A stretch of 64,000 nucleotides of DNA from Halorutilales archaeon Cl-col2-1. GTDB taxonomy: Archaea; Halobacteriota; Halobacteria; Halobacteriales; Afararchaeaceae. Below are positions 61,961 to 64,000 of this stretch, piece after piece (the stretch's first letter is position 1; each line of letters opens with the position of its first letter). The stretch covers positions 1-64,000 of the forward strand of contig CP169075.1 in the NCBI GenBank assembly GCA_041891055.1, written 5' to 3'. The position numbers and the translations under genes are program-made. Below the pieces are notes generated by a model. The model made no database searches, was not told the DNA's origin, and saw only the letters and a list, made by a program, of their open reading frames with translations.

Positions 61961-62478
61961 ACTTGTGCAGGCGGAGTCCCCGTTCAGAAATCTCAGATTT
62001 CTGAGCCCGCGAGATCGGAGATCTCGGGACGTCCTCAAGGAGTGTTGCGAATCAGAGATTCGCATACGTATGAAAATCTCCGATTTTCAACACACCGCAG
62101 TCCGCTTACGCGGACAAGAAGCGCAGTAGGGCGGGGAGGAAGCCGTATACTTATTGGACTTCGGATATTACCTATAAGTACGTCCATCCGAGCCAACAGT
62201 TGTTCGGATGGATGGGCACCAGTCAACGTCTCCAGATCTTTGATCTGGATGGCTCGGAAATCGGAGATTTCCGAACGTGCCCCGAAGTCCGGAACAATGA
62301 CCCTGAGTGCGGTTCGACCGCCCACGCAGTACGGAACGGTACTGCGGTCGAGGGAGAGAACACGGACAAGCCCCGTTCGTGAATCGAAGATTCACGAGCA
62401 TGCTGAGGGAACCTCAGCATACGCCCTCCACGAGCGAGTGGGCGCAAGCCCCGAGCGAAGTAGGGCGGGGTTGTTGAC
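61961..62478 (+). mobile_element. Non-autonomous IS605 derivative: left end, promoter, tnpB-3'/omegaRNA-like scaffold, right end
   Basis: Follows TTCA; ends match those of 39399-40878; interior matches the 3' end of that tnpB. Confidence 0.85.
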
Positions 62479-62498
62479 CCATGCTTGACTACTCGGTC
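62180..62498 (+). ncRNA. Putative stand-alone omegaRNA (TnpB guide RNA)
   Basis: TATA-like TACTTATT ~62147; 5' hairpin CCATCCGA..TCGGATGG; homology to the tnpB 3' region; ends inferred. Confidence 0.5.
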
Positions 62499-62608
62499 TA
62501 AGTGATTCACTCAATGGTTCTCGTTATGCACTTAGAACTACATATGAGAATAAGATAAGTATTAATTGTATAAAAAAGCTTAATCAGTTTCATTTCTATT
62601 TAGCTAAT

Positions 62609-64000
62609 ATGTCTGATATACAAGGGCAAATTAAGGATGCCCGAGAGGATCTCCTTGATATGTCTTTACGAAATAGATTACTTAATTTTAAGGAGTATAA
62701 AAAGAGCACGGCAAAAATAGTTAATGAGCTTCCTTCTGAAGTTTACCAACACCTAGTTATTGATCGAAATAAGATGTTATTTTTACCTCAGGGAGAAACT
62801 CTAACTTACGAGGAAATATTACCTGATATAGAAGATATTATTCAAGTTATAGAACATGATAAAACTTGTCGTCTTTGTCAAAGTGAGCCCGAAGTAATTG
62901 ATGATAAAACTGGGTTTCTAGAAGATATTAACTCTGTACAGGGTGGGGATCATGGATACGGACTGCCTATAAAAGAAATAAATGAATTATCGGATTTAAC
63001 AGAAACTGATTCAGATAGAAGAGAAGAATATTCAAATAGATACCTCCAAACACCTCATAAAGAATCAAACCTCCAAAACCGTCTATACAGTATAACAAAA
63101 GACTCTGAAGCTCTTATCGAAGATGCTGGATATAATGCTTTATATCTCGCTGTCGGGTTTCTTAAATGGAGAGAAGCAGAAGCACAGGAAGGATCTCACA
63201 AAGCTCCTTTGATTCTAATACCTGTTAAGATGGAGAGAGGTGGAGTTCGTTCTGATTTTAGCCTACAGTGGAATGGTGAAGAAATTACTGGTAATCTATC
63301 ATTAGATCTTAAGCTTTCTGAACAAGGGTTTGATCTTCCCGAGTTTACTAAGCCTGAAGAGAAAATCGAAATAAAAGAGTATTTAGAACTAATCGACGAA
63401 AATATCTCTGATTTTGATGGATGGGAAGTACTACCTGAAATACAGTTGGGCTTCTTTGACTTTACAAAGTTCCTGATGTATCAGGATCTAGATCCAGATA
63501 ATTGGCCTTCTAATCAGAAACCATCTAACCATCCATTATTAAAAGGAATACTCGATAATGAGGAAACTCTATCTAATCCTGAGCGGTTTAATGAAGAAAA
63601 AATAGATGAAAAACTATCCCCAGTAGATGTCCACAACGTTAAGGACGCAGATCCAAGCCAGATATCTGTAATTGAAGACGTAAAAAGAGGTAGAGACCTA
63701 GTGGTTGAAGGCCCACCTGGAACTGGTAAATCTCAGACTATAGTGAATATGATTGCTGAGCTTCTATCTGAAGATAAGAAAATACTTTTTGTCTCTGAAA
63801 AGATGGCTGCACTAAATGTTGTTAAAAATAGGCTTGACTCTGTTGGGATAGGTGACTTTTGCCTTGAACTTCACAGCGAAGAAGCAAATAAGTCAAAGGT
63901 TCTAAACGAATTGGAACGAGTATCTAAACTTAGTATTGAAGATCCCCATATACCTAAAGAGACCTTTCATAAGCTAGAGAGAAAACGTAAGAAGTTAGAT
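62609..64000 (+). CDS. DUF4011 + SF1 (Upf1/DNA2-like) helicase, partial; putative defence protein
   Basis: LLDMSLRNRLLNF; APLILIPV; DADPSQ; EGPPGTGKSQTIVNMI; VSEKMAAL; low GC; runs off the window. Confidence 0.88.
   Translation, partial: MSDIQGQIKDAREDLLDMSLRNRLLNFKEYKKSTAKIVNELPSEVYQHLVIDRNKMLFLPQGETLTYEEILPDIEDIIQVIEHDKTCRLCQSEPEVIDDKTGFLEDINSVQGGDHGYGLPIKEINELSDLTETDSDRREEYSNRYLQTPHKESNLQNRLYSITKDSEALIEDAGYNALYLAVGFLKWREAEAQEGSHKAPLILIPVKMERGGVRSDFSLQWNGEEITGNLSLDLKLSEQGFDLPEFTKPEEKIEIKEYLELIDENISDFDGWEVLPEIQLGFFDFTKFLMYQDLDPDNWPSNQKPSNHPLLKGILDNEETLSNPERFNEEKIDEKLSPVDVHNVKDADPSQISVIEDVKRGRDLVVEGPPGTGKSQTIVNMIAELLSEDKKILFVSEKMAALNVVKNRLDSVGIGDFCLELHSEEANKSKVLNELERVSKLSIEDPHIPKETFHKLERKRKKLD

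Noticed and set aside
61916-62510. 190-aa and smaller ORFs
   Set aside because: They lie across the hairpin-rich PATE; Arg/Ser-rich with no motifs
1-64000. tRNA/rRNA genes or a tRNA-type att site
   Set aside because: No cloverleaf or rRNA-like sequence recognised

Overview
Haloarchaeal DNA (acidic proteins, Orc1/Cdc6, PGF-CTERM, IS200/IS605 TnpBs) that looks like a mosaic secondary replicon or large accessory island. It opens with a GC-rich block (~0.5-13.7 kb) holding a ~3,160-aa surface glycoprotein and a two-component pair. A lower-GC region follows with parA plus partner, XPB-Bax1, cdc6 with a clear ORB origin, an orphan 9-repeat CRISPR array, provirus-like debris, two tyrosine recombinase genes, a pilin-like gene, a TA pair, NucS, HNH, McrBC-like and AdnAB-like genes, a second broken cdc6 with its origin, an Hrq1-like helicase and a DUF4011 helicase. 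The most unusual signals are non-coding. (1) A dispersed composite repeat (inverted repeat GCTAACCAACA-N~22-TGTTGGTTAGC, an ORB-like motif and a 32-bp palindrome) occurs in more than 10 copies. It sits at module boundaries, downstream of both recombinase genes, and over the promoter of a duplicated 115-aa gene. (2) About 49-bp double-hairpin units with variable sequence but fixed geometry are stacked inside IS605 ends. (3) Protein-free IS605 derivatives keep a promoter plus an omegaRNA-like scaffold. (4) The orphan CRISPR array has a crRNA-like unit in its leader. Everything here was read by eye; no searches were run.
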